A stretch of 64,000 nt of DNA, taken from Octopus sinensis. Its lineage: Eukaryota. A program made the position numbers and the translations under genes. Location: positions 23,870,001-23,934,000 of the forward strand of contig NC_043006.1 in the NCBI RefSeq assembly GCF_006345805.1, written 5' to 3'. Numbering within the stretch: position 1 is the first letter of the stretch; each line of letters starts with the position of its first letter. Below are positions 13,546-27,984 of this stretch, in pieces. The notes below the pieces were generated by a model. The model had not been told where the DNA came from and made no database searches. It worked only from the letters and a program-made list of their open reading frames with translations.

Positions 13546-15719
13546 TATATATATGTATGTGTTTGTTGTTTGTGTCTGTGTTTGCCACCCCCGCCATCAT
13601 TTGACAACCGATGTTGATGTGTTTACATCCCCGTCACTTAGCGGTTCGGCAAAAAGAGCCCGACAGAATAAGTACTAAGCTTACAAAGAATAAGTCCTGG
13701 GGTCAATTTATTCAACTAAAGGTGGTGCTCCAGTATGGTCACAGTCAAATGACTGAAACAAGTAAAAGAGTAAAAAAAAGGATAAATAGGAATCACATGT
13801 CATGCCAACTAAACACAACAGCAACTTCAAAAGAAATGGCTTCATGTAAATCAGAATCTCTGTATTTTCAAGAAGATCACACGAGAGCTAAAGTCAACAA
13901 TCGTCCAGCAAATTAGTTTAACCCTTTCAATACCAACCTGGCTGAAACCGTCTCTGGCTCTGTAGTACAAATGTCATGTTTTCCTAAGTTTTGAATTAAA
14001 ATCTTCCACCAAACCTTAGTCATAATTTATGTTCCTAACACTAGCTTAATTGATAACTAAGTTATTTTACTAAATTCTTTGTTATATTTAAAATTAATTG
14101 AAAGAAACACAGAGCATCTCAAAACACATACAGTAACAAAAGGGGTTTAGGTGGTGAATAATGTGGAGCTTCTCATTAAGGCAGAAGCTGCAACTCTCTG
14201 ATCCATTCTTAATATCTGTGCTCTGTGCTCCAATAAAACAACATTTAACAGGATGGCAAAATACTAAAACAAGGTAAAATAATACACAACTGATATCAAG
14301 AAAGAAATACAATTACCAAATCAACCATCCTAAAAACATGAACAGAAGTCTTATGATTATCAGGGAAGTAGTAGAACTAGTTTGTCTAGAAAGATGCTAT
14401 CCTGACATCTAGTCAGTTAGACAAACTGGTCAGTAAATCTTGTGAGTCAGCACAGATGTTCTATGGTTTTGACATGCAAGACTGGTCAGTAAAAGTACTG
14501 CAGGAAAACAAGTGAAGCTGGGTAGCTACATATTCAGGATAACATCTACCCTGAGTAATGCACAGCCAGGACCTTCTGCTGAGTCATAGACAGTTAACTG
14601 TACCAATCTGACATCATTTATCACATGACCACAAACATTTCAAACTATCCACTATTTTTCTTTCTAACTCTGGAGATCACAAATTATCACTGTAAAACAC
14701 TGGTAAGGATTTAATTATGTAGCAATTATTTACAATACACTTTATTACAAGCAGATATTGAATGCATATAACATATGCAAGCATCATCATCATCGTTTAA
14801 CGTCCACTTTCCATGCTAGCATGGGTAGGACAGAGAGGGCTGGCATCGGCCACGTTCGGATGGTGCTTCTTACATACCACCTGCACGGAAGCCAGTCAGG
14901 GCAAGAAGGTTGGCATCGACCACGTTCAGATGGGGCTTTTTACGTGCCACTGGTACAGGGACCATAACTACGGTTTACATTTGATTGTAATTGATTTACT
15001 ATAGTTTCCATCTGATTAGTGTGCGTGCGTGCATTTGTGTTTATATTATCCTAATATATACTATTTAACTGCTGGTTCTAAAGCTACAAGGACAGAGTTT
15101 CATGCACTGCATTTATCAAACCAAGTTAGACAAGTGCAACACAGGAATCTCTCAACCTTGGTATTATTTACAGCTTAATAAAAGAAATATCATCACCATC
15201 ATCATTTAATGCCTGTTTTATATGCTGACATGTGTTAGACAGTAAAACAGGAATAGATGAACCAGAGGATTGTGTCAAGCTTTGGATCGTTTCTACAGCT
15301 AAATGCCCTTCCTAATGCCAACCACTTTACAGAGTGTACTGGGTGCATTTTACATGGCACCAGCAGCACTGAGATTACCAAGTAATTCAAGAGACAAGAA
15401 CCCCTCAAATGGGAAGGGTGAAGTATTCAGGGAGGTATCTTTATGTCAGGTAATGAGAAGTTACAAGTATGATAGAGAGAGAGAAACAGGTGTCTTGCTG
15501 TAGGGAAGATATATGGTTACCTCAGTTGGAAAAGGAGAGACAAGGAAGGAAATAGTGGGAAATGAACAGAAACTAGAAAAGTGAGACAAAAACATTTTTT
15601 TAGAAAATCACAATATTTGAAGGAAAATTTTCTTAAATTAAAAACCACTAATTATATATTAAAAATATATATAAAAAACAGAACAACAAATCTCTCCAAA
15701 CATACATATATGCATGCAT

Positions 15720-15750
<31 letters not shown>

Positions 15751-16178
15751 CAGAGACACACACAAGCATACACATATAAAACCCAATATTTGTGAGTTTA
15801 AATGCTAGTTTACTAACCACAAGTTTATAAGTTCAAATTAGAAGACTGTCACCAAGTTGTGCACTCAAGAATGTAACACCATGGTTCCAATTCCCAGACT
15901 GCATTCTTGAACAAAACACTTCATTTTACATTGCTCCAGTGCACTCGGCTGTTAAGAGATAACCTTATGACAGACTGGCACTCTGTGCAGGGGTCATGCT
16001 GTCCTGCCAGCCTAACTAAGTGGAGTGGCATCATTTGAAAGCTACCACAATACAAGGAAGCACACTGTGACCAGCGATGTATAACAACATCTGATAGTCT
16101 GATTGATAAAGTGATTGTGTATGTGTGTGTGTGTGTGTTTAAGTGGGCTTTTCCCCATGCTAGCAAGGGATTACGCAT

Positions 16179-16225
<47 letters not shown>

Positions 16226-17137
16226 TATATCCATTGATATTCTTATTACATTAACCCAGCAAAAATCTATAAATGCAGAATAAAAATTATAGAAAAGTGT
16301 TCCAATAAAAAAAGTAAAACAAACTGAAAAGTGTACAAGTCCACCTACCTGCAAGTAAATGTTTAAAAAATAAAATATCCTATCAAGTCGGCAGAGTCGT
16401 AAGAATGGTAGGAATTCATTTTGGCTTTTGTTGTTCTGAGATTAAATTCAAACAGGTTTGACTTCATCAGTTAGGGTTGATAAATGAAGAGACAGTCAAG
16501 AGATAAGGATGGATGAATCGTAGAATTTGTTTCAGCTCTGTGGATTCTAAGTTCAAATCATACCTCTTGTCATTAGAAAAAAGTGGTTCCTTCAGCATCC
16601 AGCAAATACTGTGACAGGTTTGAGAAGTCCTTAAGCAAGAGCTCAACTAGACTGGTTCCTCTCAATGCCAGCACATCAGCAGATATGGAAGGCCAGAAGC
16701 GAGAACAAATTTCTGTTGCAAGCACAAAGCCACATATTTTGAAGGAGATGCATAATAGATTAATTGACCCCAAAACATGACTGGTACTTATTTTATCAAC
16801 CCTAAAAAGATGAAAGTCAATGACAGCTATGGCAAACGATTTTGAATTCAAGATGTGAAAGGGAGGGACTAAATAAAATGAAGCATTTTGTCCGCTGCTC
16901 TACCAATTCTATAATCAATTGCCCTAACAAAAGTATTAATAATACTAAACAACAACAAAATTAATAACATAAAGTAAATGAAAATATATTCGTTTTTTTT
17001 CAAACATTAAAAATAAAATAAAATAACAAAGAGAATGTAAAAAATTAGACAAAAGAATTATTATAGATGAGAAATGACAAGAGAAGAATTTGGTTAGAGA
17101 GATAGAAACAAGAATATTAAGAACAAGAATGCTGCAC

Positions 17138-19630
17138 CTGTTCTGCGTGGATGGAATGAAGACTGGCAACATGAGCTGAATGATGTTCCTCAAGGCGGGA
17201 TTCCCGCATGCTGAAGTCGCTGCGCAGTTGCTGGCGTAGGTACTCCACAGCACGCTTGTGATGTTCGTCCATGTCCTTGCGCAGAGCTTCCAACCTGTCA
17301 ATGTTCTGTTTCTCAATAACTAATTTGGCTTCGTTAAGTTCTTGTGTAAACTTCTCTTGCAGTTCTATATCATTTAGTTGATTGTCATTGCCAGCAGTGA
17401 CACCTGTCTCTGGACTGATCTCGCTGGCACATTTGTTTACGCGTTGTTCTATGTCCCGAAGATGTCTCTCTTTTGTCTCCAGTTCATAGTTTGTCTGTGT
17501 CAGTTGGGATTCAAGGATGAACTTCTCCGACATCAGTTGTTTTTCCACCTCCTCCTTGTCTCTGATGAGTTCTTCCAGCCGCAACTGCTGCTGCAACATA
17601 TAATCACACTCAGCCTTCTTGCTGGACAATTCAGCCTCAGCTATCTGTACTTTTTCAGTCAGTTGCTGGACATGTTCCTTCTCTCGATGGAGATGCTCAT
17701 CAAGGCTGGTTTTGGCTGCTACAACTTCTGTGAATTGGTTCTCAAGTAGTCTTTCTTCACTGAGTTTGTCAGCAAGCTCATCACGATGTTTCTGAAGTAG
17801 CAATAGTTGGCTGCCAAAAGATGTCTCTAAATCTTCAGCAGTCACAGAATGTTTCGGATTCGTCTGTAGCATTTTCGCCTTCATCACAAGACACTCTTGA
17901 TTATACAGCTTCTTCTGCAGATCCTTGTTGTCTTCTGTCAATCTGTTACAGGTTTCTCGAAGCAATGAAACTTTTTCTCGAAGGTCAACAACATCAACAG
18001 AAAGAGAAATGGTATCAGTGCTGTCCAAAATATCTAACAAATTCTGAGTATCACAAAGTCCTTTCACTTTTTTAAAGCGGTCAATTTTCTCCTTTATGGT
18101 GGCTATCTCTTTGACATGGTCCTCTTTACTTTGTAAAAGTGACCGTTTCAACTCCGCTATCTCATCAATAAGTTCAATTTGTTTGTCTTGAACAAATAAG
18201 AAGTCTCCTTGATCTAGTTGAAACTCAGACAGGATTTTTTCAGACTCACGAAATTCTTTATTCAGTAACAACAAAGACGGACTAGACTGTGTCGATCTGG
18301 TTAATTTGGGCGGAGACGCAAGGCTGTCACTGTATCTATCACTTTGGTTCAGGGCTGGACTGGAGTTATTTCTATTCGAATGCTCTGAATGATAGTTAAT
18401 CCAATTGTCTCTATCCCCTGCCGGACTTGAATTATCAGACAGTGAGGACTTATTCAAAGAATCTGGGGATGTCTCACGATCAGATTTGGGGGATTTCAGA
18501 CTTGGCATCTGTGGAATGTTGGCGAAATTGGATTCTAAGGAAATGTTATTGCTGGACTGAGACAAATGTTGTGGTATTGGATGATGATGTTCCATTTCAT
18601 GATCTACGTCACGGACATTGTTATTTGGTTCTGAATGACGACGGCCCCCTACAGGAGCCAACTCAATTTTACCATTGTCCATAGAGGTCATTGTTCCTTT
18701 GTGGTTCCAGCCATCACGAGATCTAGAATATTCTTCTTCAAGATTATTAATATAATGCTGCTGGTCAATCACTTTTACAAACAGCTCGTTTATCTTTGAT
18801 TTCAACTCCTGATGCTCAACCTCAGACTGACTTAGTTTATTCTGATAGAACACTACTTGGTCTTCAGTGTTGGCTAGTTTCACTTTAATATCTGTCAGCT
18901 CCACCTCAGACGGATGTCTGTCTTGTCCCCGTTGGACTTCCTTTGTGATATTCAACTCGGTCTGCAGCTGGTCCCGAGTCAGTTGGACATTCTCCAGTTC
19001 ATTGGAGAGGTTCTCACACCGACTCAGAAGATGGAAGCGTTCTTTACCAAAAAGTTCAAGTTGAGTACTTAGACGTTTTTTCAAAGACAGTCTCTCTTCT
19101 GCTAAACTGATACAGTTGGGGCATTGCAGCTCAGGACTGCTTTTCCTTTGGAAAGTGGAACTAAGCACAGGTTCAGTAACAGTCCGTTCCATGAGTTCAT
19201 TGTATTCATCTTGGAGCTCCATGGACAGCTCCTCTCTTGGTTGGTCTCCCATGCTTGCTGAACCATCCAAAGAATCTACTTCAAATGATGATTTTTCTGA
19301 TATATTGTCCAATGAAGTGAGTCCTTTCTCCGTTAAAATTTTCAGGGCTATTTCGTAACGTTTGCGGTAGCCTTGGCAATCCAGCTTTGTGCAGGTTTTC
19401 TCTTCGTTGTCAAAACAACCCTTCGCTTGGCTGATTTCCACCAGACTTCGGGACGCTGACTCTATGTCCTGAGGCAAGGTGTCAAATTTCCGCTTTGCTC
19501 TTGGAGATGAAGACATCGGTTTTTTCGAACGCTTACTCCATAAAGAGAAGTGTTCTTCTTGTATCTGCTCATACTGGGTGTTTAGGAGTTCAATCTGTTT
19601 CAGCAGAGAGTCTCGAGACTCAGCCAGTTT
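17138..19630 (-). CDS. AKAP9: AKAP9/pericentrin-like giant exon (KLAESRDSLL...HAEQ, 831 codons)
   Basis: Acceptor cttgtctttttcag|, phase 0, within the 868-aa ORF. Coiled coils flank an S/P-rich linker. The donor CAG|gtgcag is weak, so the 3' boundary is less certain; read-through stops at 17117. Confidence 0.88.
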
Positions 19631-21100
19631 CTGAAAAAGACAAGAAGAAAATAAATTATTAAGAATAAAGATGCTAAACCCTAACACAGCATTTGGGCAT
19701 ACATATCCCAAAATAAGTCCCATGTCCCAATGGTGTAGCTAGAGTGTGTGCTGCCTGGGGCAGTCCAAGTCTGTTTCCCACGCTGGGCCCCATAGAAGGT
19801 ACAACATATTGCACAGTTATTCCCTCTTAAAATGTCATCCCCACAGAAGTGTCACCCAAAGCCAATCACCTTCACCACCCCACCAGTTGCACAACTATCA
19901 TATCCCATCGACCCTTTTTTGGCGGTAACAAAGCCAGTACTTGAAGACTTCATCTTCACAGTGGTTCTTGGGCAAATCTGATTAGCAGAATACTTCCATC
20001 CATCTCCAAATGAAATTTGTGGGAAGAACTTGATCACAACATTACAAAGAATAGCTGCTTACAGCACTAGTTGTATCTATCGTTAAGGTGTATATTTAAA
20101 TATACACAGCTTATACACGGCTACTGAATATATAAAATATATAAAAGCGCAGTAGTGGCTGTGTGGTAAGAAGCTTGATTCCCAACTACATAGTCCCAGG
20201 TTCAGTCCCACTGTGTGACACCTTGGGCAAGTGTCTTCTACTCTAGCCTCGAGCCAACCAAAGCTTTGTCAGTGAATTCGGTAGACAGAAACTGAAAGAA
20301 GCCCATCATATATGTAGACAGACAGACAGACAGATAGGTTTGTGTCTGTGTTTGTCCCCTCCAACATCACTTGACAACCAATGTTGGTGTTTTTACTTCC
20401 CCATAACTTAGTGGTTCAGCAAAAGTGACTAGAATAAGTACCAAGCTTACAAAGAATAAGTCCTGGGGTCAATTTGTTCGTCTAAAGGTGGTGCTCCAGC
20501 ATGGCCACAGTCAAATGACTGAAACAAGTACAAGTACATATAATATACACAGCCACTGTATATATACACAGCCAGTCAAACTGAGCCATATCAGAGTCAT
20601 GTGTCCTATTCAGTTTTCTTGCGTGTCCTCACCTCTGGTAATGAATGCTGGGTAATGACAAAGAGCTCAAATGCAAATACAAGCAGCCAAAATGGGATTC
20701 TACCGATTCTATTCTCGGGAATAACATTTATTGAACAGGGTGCATAGCGCAGAGAACAGGGAGTCGGGCTGTCTCTCAGATTGAGCTGATACTTTTCCAT
20801 ATTGAGAGGTCACAGCTCTGGTGCTGTGGATGTAATTAAAATGTCACAGAGAAGAACTGCAAGTCAGACTCTCTAAGCCAAGTCAAGTGGCAGGAGACCC
20901 AGGGCTGAACCAAGAATGAAGGGTTTGGATAATATTCATGGTTTCAGTTCATCATGCTTGGGAATCCAACAGGAAAAGTGTAATAACAGCTGTTTTTGTT
21001 AGGACCCTTTGGAAGAGATGAGTGAGTACTCTACACCCACAACCCACCCAGGAATAATGGGTGGAGAAAACAAATGGATGGAGAGGTAGATGGCCAAGGT

Positions 21101-21290
21101 CAGTGCCCCGCAACTGGTATGCTGCAACACACTGGTGTGCCATGAGACGATGCTAGGTGTCCCGCAATGTGACCTGAATGTAATTTTTTTTTCCCTATAC
21201 TTTTAGTTATGTTTTCAGTTCAGGTGTGCCACTGAATTTTTGAAAAGAATATAAGTGTACCACAATTGAAAGAAAGGTTGCGGAGCACTG
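21101..21290. mobile_element. hAT-type MITE
   Basis: TIR CAGTGCCCCGCAAC / GTTGCGGAGCACTG; degenerate 8-bp TSD gccaaggt / gcctagat. Confidence 0.75.
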
Positions 21291-22875
21291 GCCTAGATCA
21301 CAAATGCAGAACATTAGCAGTGAGTGATGATGAAAACAAAGTGTTGAGTCTCTGGTTAATAGACTTACACCATACCAACTTCACCAGGTGTAGCCATTAT
21401 AAGTGTTCGTGCACACACACACACACACACTCACACAGATATATATTGATATTGGTTATCTATTTAAGTTAGAAGAAACAGGTAAATAATTTTTCAAACA
21501 CGAGAAATGTGATGTTTACATCAAAGAGATTTATTAGTATTCAATCCGGATTTCTTTCCATCAAGGCACACAGACAGTTAGGTGCTAAGGTGCAGATAAA
21601 CCAATCAATGTTGACTAGATAATATACATAAACATAAATGCATGAGAATCAAGGCACATCAACTCACAGGATGCCAGAAATGGCTAGGTACAATAGCAAA
21701 GAGCTTGCAATGAAATAAACAACATTGAATACATCAAGTGTTGGCAGGAAACTGTAGATAAGCTAGTGTTTATGTTTACTATATATATACACACACACAC
21801 ATACATACACACACTTTGATATCGAACAGTAAGAATGAGTGCTCAACACCACACTGGTGGACAAATATTCTTTATTTGTGGATCAAGAAGGCTACCAGTG
21901 GTTTCATGTGAAAAGATCTTCACAATTGTTCAAGCATGCCATATGTTAGTACTCATTTCCATTTTGGATGGGAATAGTAACCTTGTAACCCACAAATAAA
22001 GTGTGCATGTGCACGTCTTGTGTGTAGTTCCAGTCAAAACCTGGGGTCAATTTAGTCAACTAAACCCTTACCCCTAAACTTGCGACTTTCTGCTTACATT
22101 AGAAATGGTTATCATCACCCTCAGGGATGTTTTTTTTTCTCTTTTTTTTTTAGCAATATTACATTACTGAAGACTAGGTCTTGGTTTCCTTTGTGCCATA
22201 CTACCAGCAATAACAATGGTACATTTCTTCAAGAGCTTCATTAAACTTCTGTTAGGGCTTCTCAGAGATAAAATTAAAAATCTTTTGCAACCAAAATAGG
22301 AAAAAGACATTGTAAATTAAAGGTGTCAACCGATCCCATTGCAAGTGAGAGGTGCCAATAAGTGAAGTCATATCAAAAGAAAACAAACCATTCCAAATAT
22401 AAATTTTCAAAGGTTACATACATGCACACAAACATAGACAAAAACACAGCTCTCCCTATATATATTAAGGTGCAGGTGTGATTTTGTGGTTTCTGGTTCA
22501 ATCCCACTCTGTGACACCCTGGGCTAGTCTTCTACTATAGCTTTCGGCCAACCAAAGTTTTGTGATTGGATCTGGTTGGTGGAAACTGAAATAAGGTTGT
22601 TATATGTATATAATTGTGTGTGTGTGTTACTGTCTCATTGCCTTGACATTGTGTGATAGTTGTAAATGAGTGTCACTGTCATATAAGCGGCATCCTTTTA
22701 TTTTTCTGAGGTTCAATGTTTGATCAAGGAGAGACATTGCCTCACCTGTTTCCAGGTGAGGATTGGCATAGAAAATCTGACTCAACAAATTTTGTCTGAC
22801 CAATACAAGCATGGAAAAGTGGACATTAAAGCAACGATGATAATGAAACCCCCATCACAAACACAGAGATACACA

Positions 22876-22913
<38 letters not shown>

Positions 22914-23973
22914 TAGCCAAGCACACATATATACATGTGTAGCTAAATGCAGAAGTGGCAACAGAAGGCATGCCAAAGGTGGGAGATACAGGTTGTATAG
23001 AAGATTAGTAAGTGGACTAAAGGTAAATACCAACCTCAGCCAAATCTCTGTGGTGGAGCAAGTGTTGTTTTACATCTGTTTTCCCATGCATGCATTGCTA
23101 GGATGATAGATTATATATTAATATAAAATGGCAGTGTGTCTCTATTTCTCTCTGTTTGTCAGTCCCCATACTGCCACTATCTAATATTCCTTTCTATTAT
23201 AGGCACAAGGCCTGAAATTTGGGGGGAGGGGGCCAGTCAATTAGATTGACCCCAGTACGCAACTGGTATTTAATTTATCAACCCTGAAAGGATGAAAGGC
23301 AAAGTAAACCTTGTGGAAGCTAATATCTAATAATGCCATCTTATTCAATTGCCTGATACACGATTCTCTGCACAAGCAAGATGGACAGAAATAGTGCTTC
23401 AAGAACGCAATCAAAGCTTTCCTGAAGAGCTTTGAGGTCAACCCCAACACCTGGGAAACACAAGCACAAGACCGCCCTGCCTGGCATAGCTGCATCATCA
23501 GAGATGCCACCTCTTACAAACAGAACTGGATTGCAGGGGGTGGGGGAAGAAAACATGAACTACGCAAGGCTAGAGCCAATTCTTTGCGTTCAGTCCAACA
23601 GACCATCAGTGCCTGACATGCAGTAGGGTCTTCCAAACATGCATCAGACTGACTGGTCATAGATGGACACACAGCACTATGTTGTTCTAGGTGTTATCCT
23701 TGGTCATCAATAACAATGGACGAACTAACAATGCAATTAATGCACTGTTGAATTAATTAGTTAAGTAAATACTAAATAGAAATGTACATAAGTTTAACTG
23801 CCTCTGTGTAAACTGTGCATCAATCATGTGTGTGTTTAACATCTGGTGTTGTATGCAAGCATAACTTGGATAGGAATAGATTAGGAGGCAAGATTTTATG
23901 GCCAAATAATCTTCCTGTTATCAACCTTCACCTGTTTGTTTTTAGAATTTACAGATTCCACAAGTTTTCAAAA

Positions 23974-24224
23974 GCACAGAATATGGCATAGTGGTTAAGA
24001 ACGTGGGCTACTAACCTCAAGATTCCGAGTTCGATTCCAGGCAGTGGCCTGAATAATAATAATAATAATAACAACATTGAAAAATACCTGAGGAATGAGA
24101 ACCCACATTCGAAATTTCCCCAAGACACCTGATGAAGGCTGGAGAGTATATCAGCCGAAACGGTGTGTTAACAACAAACAAGATGAGGACAAATAACCAT
24201 CAAATGTAAATAATGTAAATAATG
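23974..24224 (+). mobile_element. tRNA-headed SINE-like element with hammerhead-ribozyme tail
   Basis: Box A TGGCATAGTGG (23984), anticodon-like loop CTACTAA, box B GTTCGATTC (24029), (AAT)n linker, then a tail shared with 29560..29762 that contains a hammerhead core. Confidence 0.7.
24124..24169 (+). ncRNA. Minimal type I hammerhead ribozyme motif (Penelope-type)
   Basis: GACAC-CTGATGA-A-GGCTG(loop)CAGCC-GAAAC-GGT-GTGTT: conserved core, 5-bp stem II, stem I GACAC/GTGTT. The cleavage triplet looks degenerate in this copy. Confidence 0.7.
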
Positions 24225-27200
24225 CACAGAGTGATCTGTAGTAATATCAACATCAGCACTGCTTTGCTGAAATGGAAACCAGTAAAGTACACACACAATG
24301 GACTTATTACAGTTTCTGCCTACTTAATTCACTCACAACGTGTTAGTCAAACTAGAGCAATAAAAGACACTTGTCCAAGGTGTCACACGAAGGAACTGAA
24401 CCCAAAGCCAGATGGTTGCAAAGCAAATTACCAGGCTGCCACTTTTTTTGTATGTGTGTGTGTATATAATCAACATCATGTAACATTTGTTTTGTTTCAG
24501 TTCAAATTCCGCTGGGGTCGACTTTGCCTTTCATCCTTTCAGGGTTAATAAATTAAATACCTGTTGCATACTGGGAGGAGTCAATCTAATCGACTGGCCC
24601 CTCTCCCCAAAAATTGTGGGTCTTGTGCCTGAAGTAGAAAAGAACATTTGGTTTGCTTGTCGGCATGGGTTGGATGGTTTGACAGGAGGTGACAAGCCAG
24701 AGGACCATACCAAGCTCCAATGACTGCTTTGGCTAGTTTCTATGGCTGGCTGCCCTTCATAATGCCAACCACTTTACAGAGTGCACTGGATGCATTTTAT
24801 GTGGCACCTGCAACAGTGAGGTCACCAGGTAACTTGCAAGGCAAGACCCTCACCTCAACTGCCATGGGGTGTAGCATCGCAGGAAGGGGTTTTATGCCAA
24901 GTGACGAGAGGCTAAATTACGACAGAGGGAAGGAAGCTAAATAGTTTAACACACCACCACTCTAACGACTTTAGTAATAACAACAACAATAATAATAATA
25001 ATCACATGACAAAGAATTTTTTTTAAATAATAAAACAGCACAAAAAATAACAATACAAAATAAAACGGTGGTCAAACAATAAAACCAAGCAAAGTTTACA
25101 TGTATGCAAGTTATTATAAAAATAGTGAAAACTGATCGATTCGGACTATTTAAACTTATTTCACATTATTTTTCCTATGCTCCCACATGGGCCATCGAGG
25201 GATTCATTAAATAGACGTTTGACTAGCTAGAAATAGCAGTTTAATCTCCACCAAAACACATTTGTATTATTTTGAAAAGGAAAGAACACTTTTGACAAAG
25301 TAGTACAGGATATATTTCTTTGTTGCCCACAAGAGGCTAAACATAGGGAAGACAAACAAGGACAGACAAAGGGATCAAGTCGATTATATCAACCCCAGTG
25401 CATAACAGGTACTTATTTAATCGACCCTGAAAGGATGAAAGGCCAAGTAAACTTCAGCGGAACTTGAACTCAGAACGTAAAGACAGACAAAATACCGCTA
25501 AGCATTTTGCCCGGCCTGCTAATGACTCTGCCAGCTCGCTGCCCTAGTAGTATAGGATATATGAAAAGATAAGAGAGTCATGGCTGAAATGCCTTTCATC
25601 AAAAGCCATGGAAACTGAGAAATCAGCGTTATGGGTCTGTATGAACCCCATTATAGTACATTCATGTCATGTCAATATGGATGCTCCTTCTGGTCACTGG
25701 GAAGGATAGATTGGATACAAACGTAGATGTAACTAACTTAGCAGTGTGTACAAACAACCAACACACTATCAGCACTAGTTTTTGAGAAGAGTTTCAGATT
25801 AGGCTGGTTAGGCTGGAGGGCCATAAACCTACAAGAAGGAAACTCCAGTTTCAAATCCTGAGCAGAGGGAGCTAGTTTAAATGGGCAGCAGTGTAATTGT
25901 CTACAAGAAAGAAACCCTGATAGAAAACCAACATCTGGCACTAGGTTAATCAGCTGATCCTGAAAACAAAGAACTTCTCATTATAGAAACTTCCAACACT
26001 CAGAAGAATGCACAACACTTTAGAACAGTAGTTCTGAACTGCAGTACCCAGAACTGCAAGCACCCTTCCAGCGGCCCTCAATAGATATAATAAATTTTTC
26101 TTTGACTTGTATTTTACTTATTTTGGTGCAGACCTCTAAAAAAACCCAGGTTTTAGATCTGACCCAGATACTAAAAAGGGTACTTGTACTTGTGGCAACA
26201 TTCACCCTGGGCGGGTTGAGTCGGCTTCTTCCACCACCCTCGAGGCATCTCGAACCATGGCAGTGGAAGGAGTTTCATGGGAATATGAATTTCACAAGCG
26301 GTCCCCCAACAATCCCGCATGTAGAGACATCCTGTTTGCCGCAGATTGTCCACAGACGCAGGGACAGAACGACCGAGGAGCTGCCGGTTGCCGAAACAGA
26401 CACTCCGAGGGTGAGGAACCACAGGTTTAGAAATGCAGTGGTTCCTAATGTAGAAAGAGACAGAAATACAACAGGCTTGAGTTAAAACGGAGAGGAATTT
26501 CAGGGACCAATTACACCACTACAAGGGCCCCTGAAGAAAGAGGAAGCACAGAGGATCCAGGAGCACCTGGAGAAGACTTGTTGAAAAAGAGAAGCAAGCC
26601 AGTAGCTGGGAAACATGGGACCAGGTGCAAAACACAGCCATTAACAGTACAGGGAGAGAGAGTGTGGAAGTGTTATGTGCCACCTGACACAAAGTGGAAA
26701 GAGAAAAATATGAAATGTGTTCTTCTTTTAAGACAATAGAATATGGTTTGAGGAAAATGTAGCTGCTAATTTCAGCAAGTCAAGCAATCATATAGTAGCC
26801 CCTATGCTTGTGAGTGTTTTCAGATATAATTGTACACAAAAATCTTAAAATATAGCTGAATTAGACATGAAATCCCAAATTATCACCATTATGAGAAACA
26901 AAAAAAATGAAAGTAAAGTAGATCATTCCAGAACATGCTGTGACCTCAGGAAATTAACATCAAGCATTTGGTGTTAGAATAGACGTCCAAGTTGATGCAA
27001 AGATGACAAAATAATTCCAAGATTAATTCTTTCACTTGTTTCAGTCACTTGAATGTGGCCATGCTTCAGCACAACCTTTAGTCTCACAAATCAACCACAG
27101 GACTAATTCTCTGTAAGCCTAGTACTTATTCCATCGGTCACTTTTTGCTGAACTGCTAAATTACGGGGACATGAACACACCAACATCAGTTGTAAAGCAA

Positions 27201-27936
27201 TGGTGGGAGGGGACAAACACAAACATCACAAATACATGTGTGTATGTGTTGTGTATATATATATATATATATATATATACACGCAACAGGCTTCTTTCAG
27301 TTTCCGTCTACCACATCCACTCACAAAGCTTTGGTCGGCCTGAGGCTATAGAAGACGCTTGCCCAAGGTACCACACTGTGGGACTGAACCCAGAACCATG
27401 TGGTTGGGAAGCAAGCTTCTTACCACACACCCACTTCTGCGCCTTTGTCTGATCTTCTTTCTTTAATTTTTTTTTTTTTTTTTTTTTTTGTCCAGACACG
27501 GTTGTGTGGTTAAGAAACTCACTTTGCAACCATATGGTTTCAGGTTCAACCACACTGTATGGCACCTTGGATAAGTATTTTCTACTACAGTCCCAGGCTG
27601 AACAATGAGTGAATTTAGTAGACAGAATCAGCGGGGAAGGCCATCGTGTGTGTGTATTTAGAAAGAGAGAGAGAGAGGTATGTGTTTCTTTGTGTCTGCC
27701 TGACAACTGGTGTTGGTTTGTTTATGTCAGTGTAACTTAGCAGTTTGTCAAGTGACTGTTAGAGTAAGTAGCAGATTAATAAAGAAATTAACTAAGTAGT
27801 ACTGGGGTTGATTTGTTCAACTAAACCCTTTGAGCCTGGTGTTTATTTTTATCAAACCAGGAAAGATAGAAAGAGTCAACCACTGTGGCTTCTGAACTCA
27901 GACCATAAACTCTCATCAACCCCCATCAGTGATTAC

Positions 27937-27984
<48 letters not shown>

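Noticed and set aside
16573-16851. 92-aa minus-strand ORF just downstream of the last exon
   Set aside because: It partly overlaps a decayed family B SINE, is not coiled-coil, and lacks a good splice-site pair.
17378-19358. Plus-strand ORFs opposite the large exons (also 34316..38360)
   Set aside because: Antisense shadows of E/K/Q/L-rich coding sequence with no independent signals.
23974-24050. Functional tRNA gene
   Set aside because: The A/B boxes are present but the acceptor and anticodon stems pair poorly, and it runs into a repeat tail. It is a SINE head; the same applies to 1733 and to families A and B.
26020-26620. GC-richer block with ORFs 26102..26485(+) and 26171..26422(-)
   Set aside because: No recognisable domain or convincing splice-site pair; probably an unclassified TE fragment.
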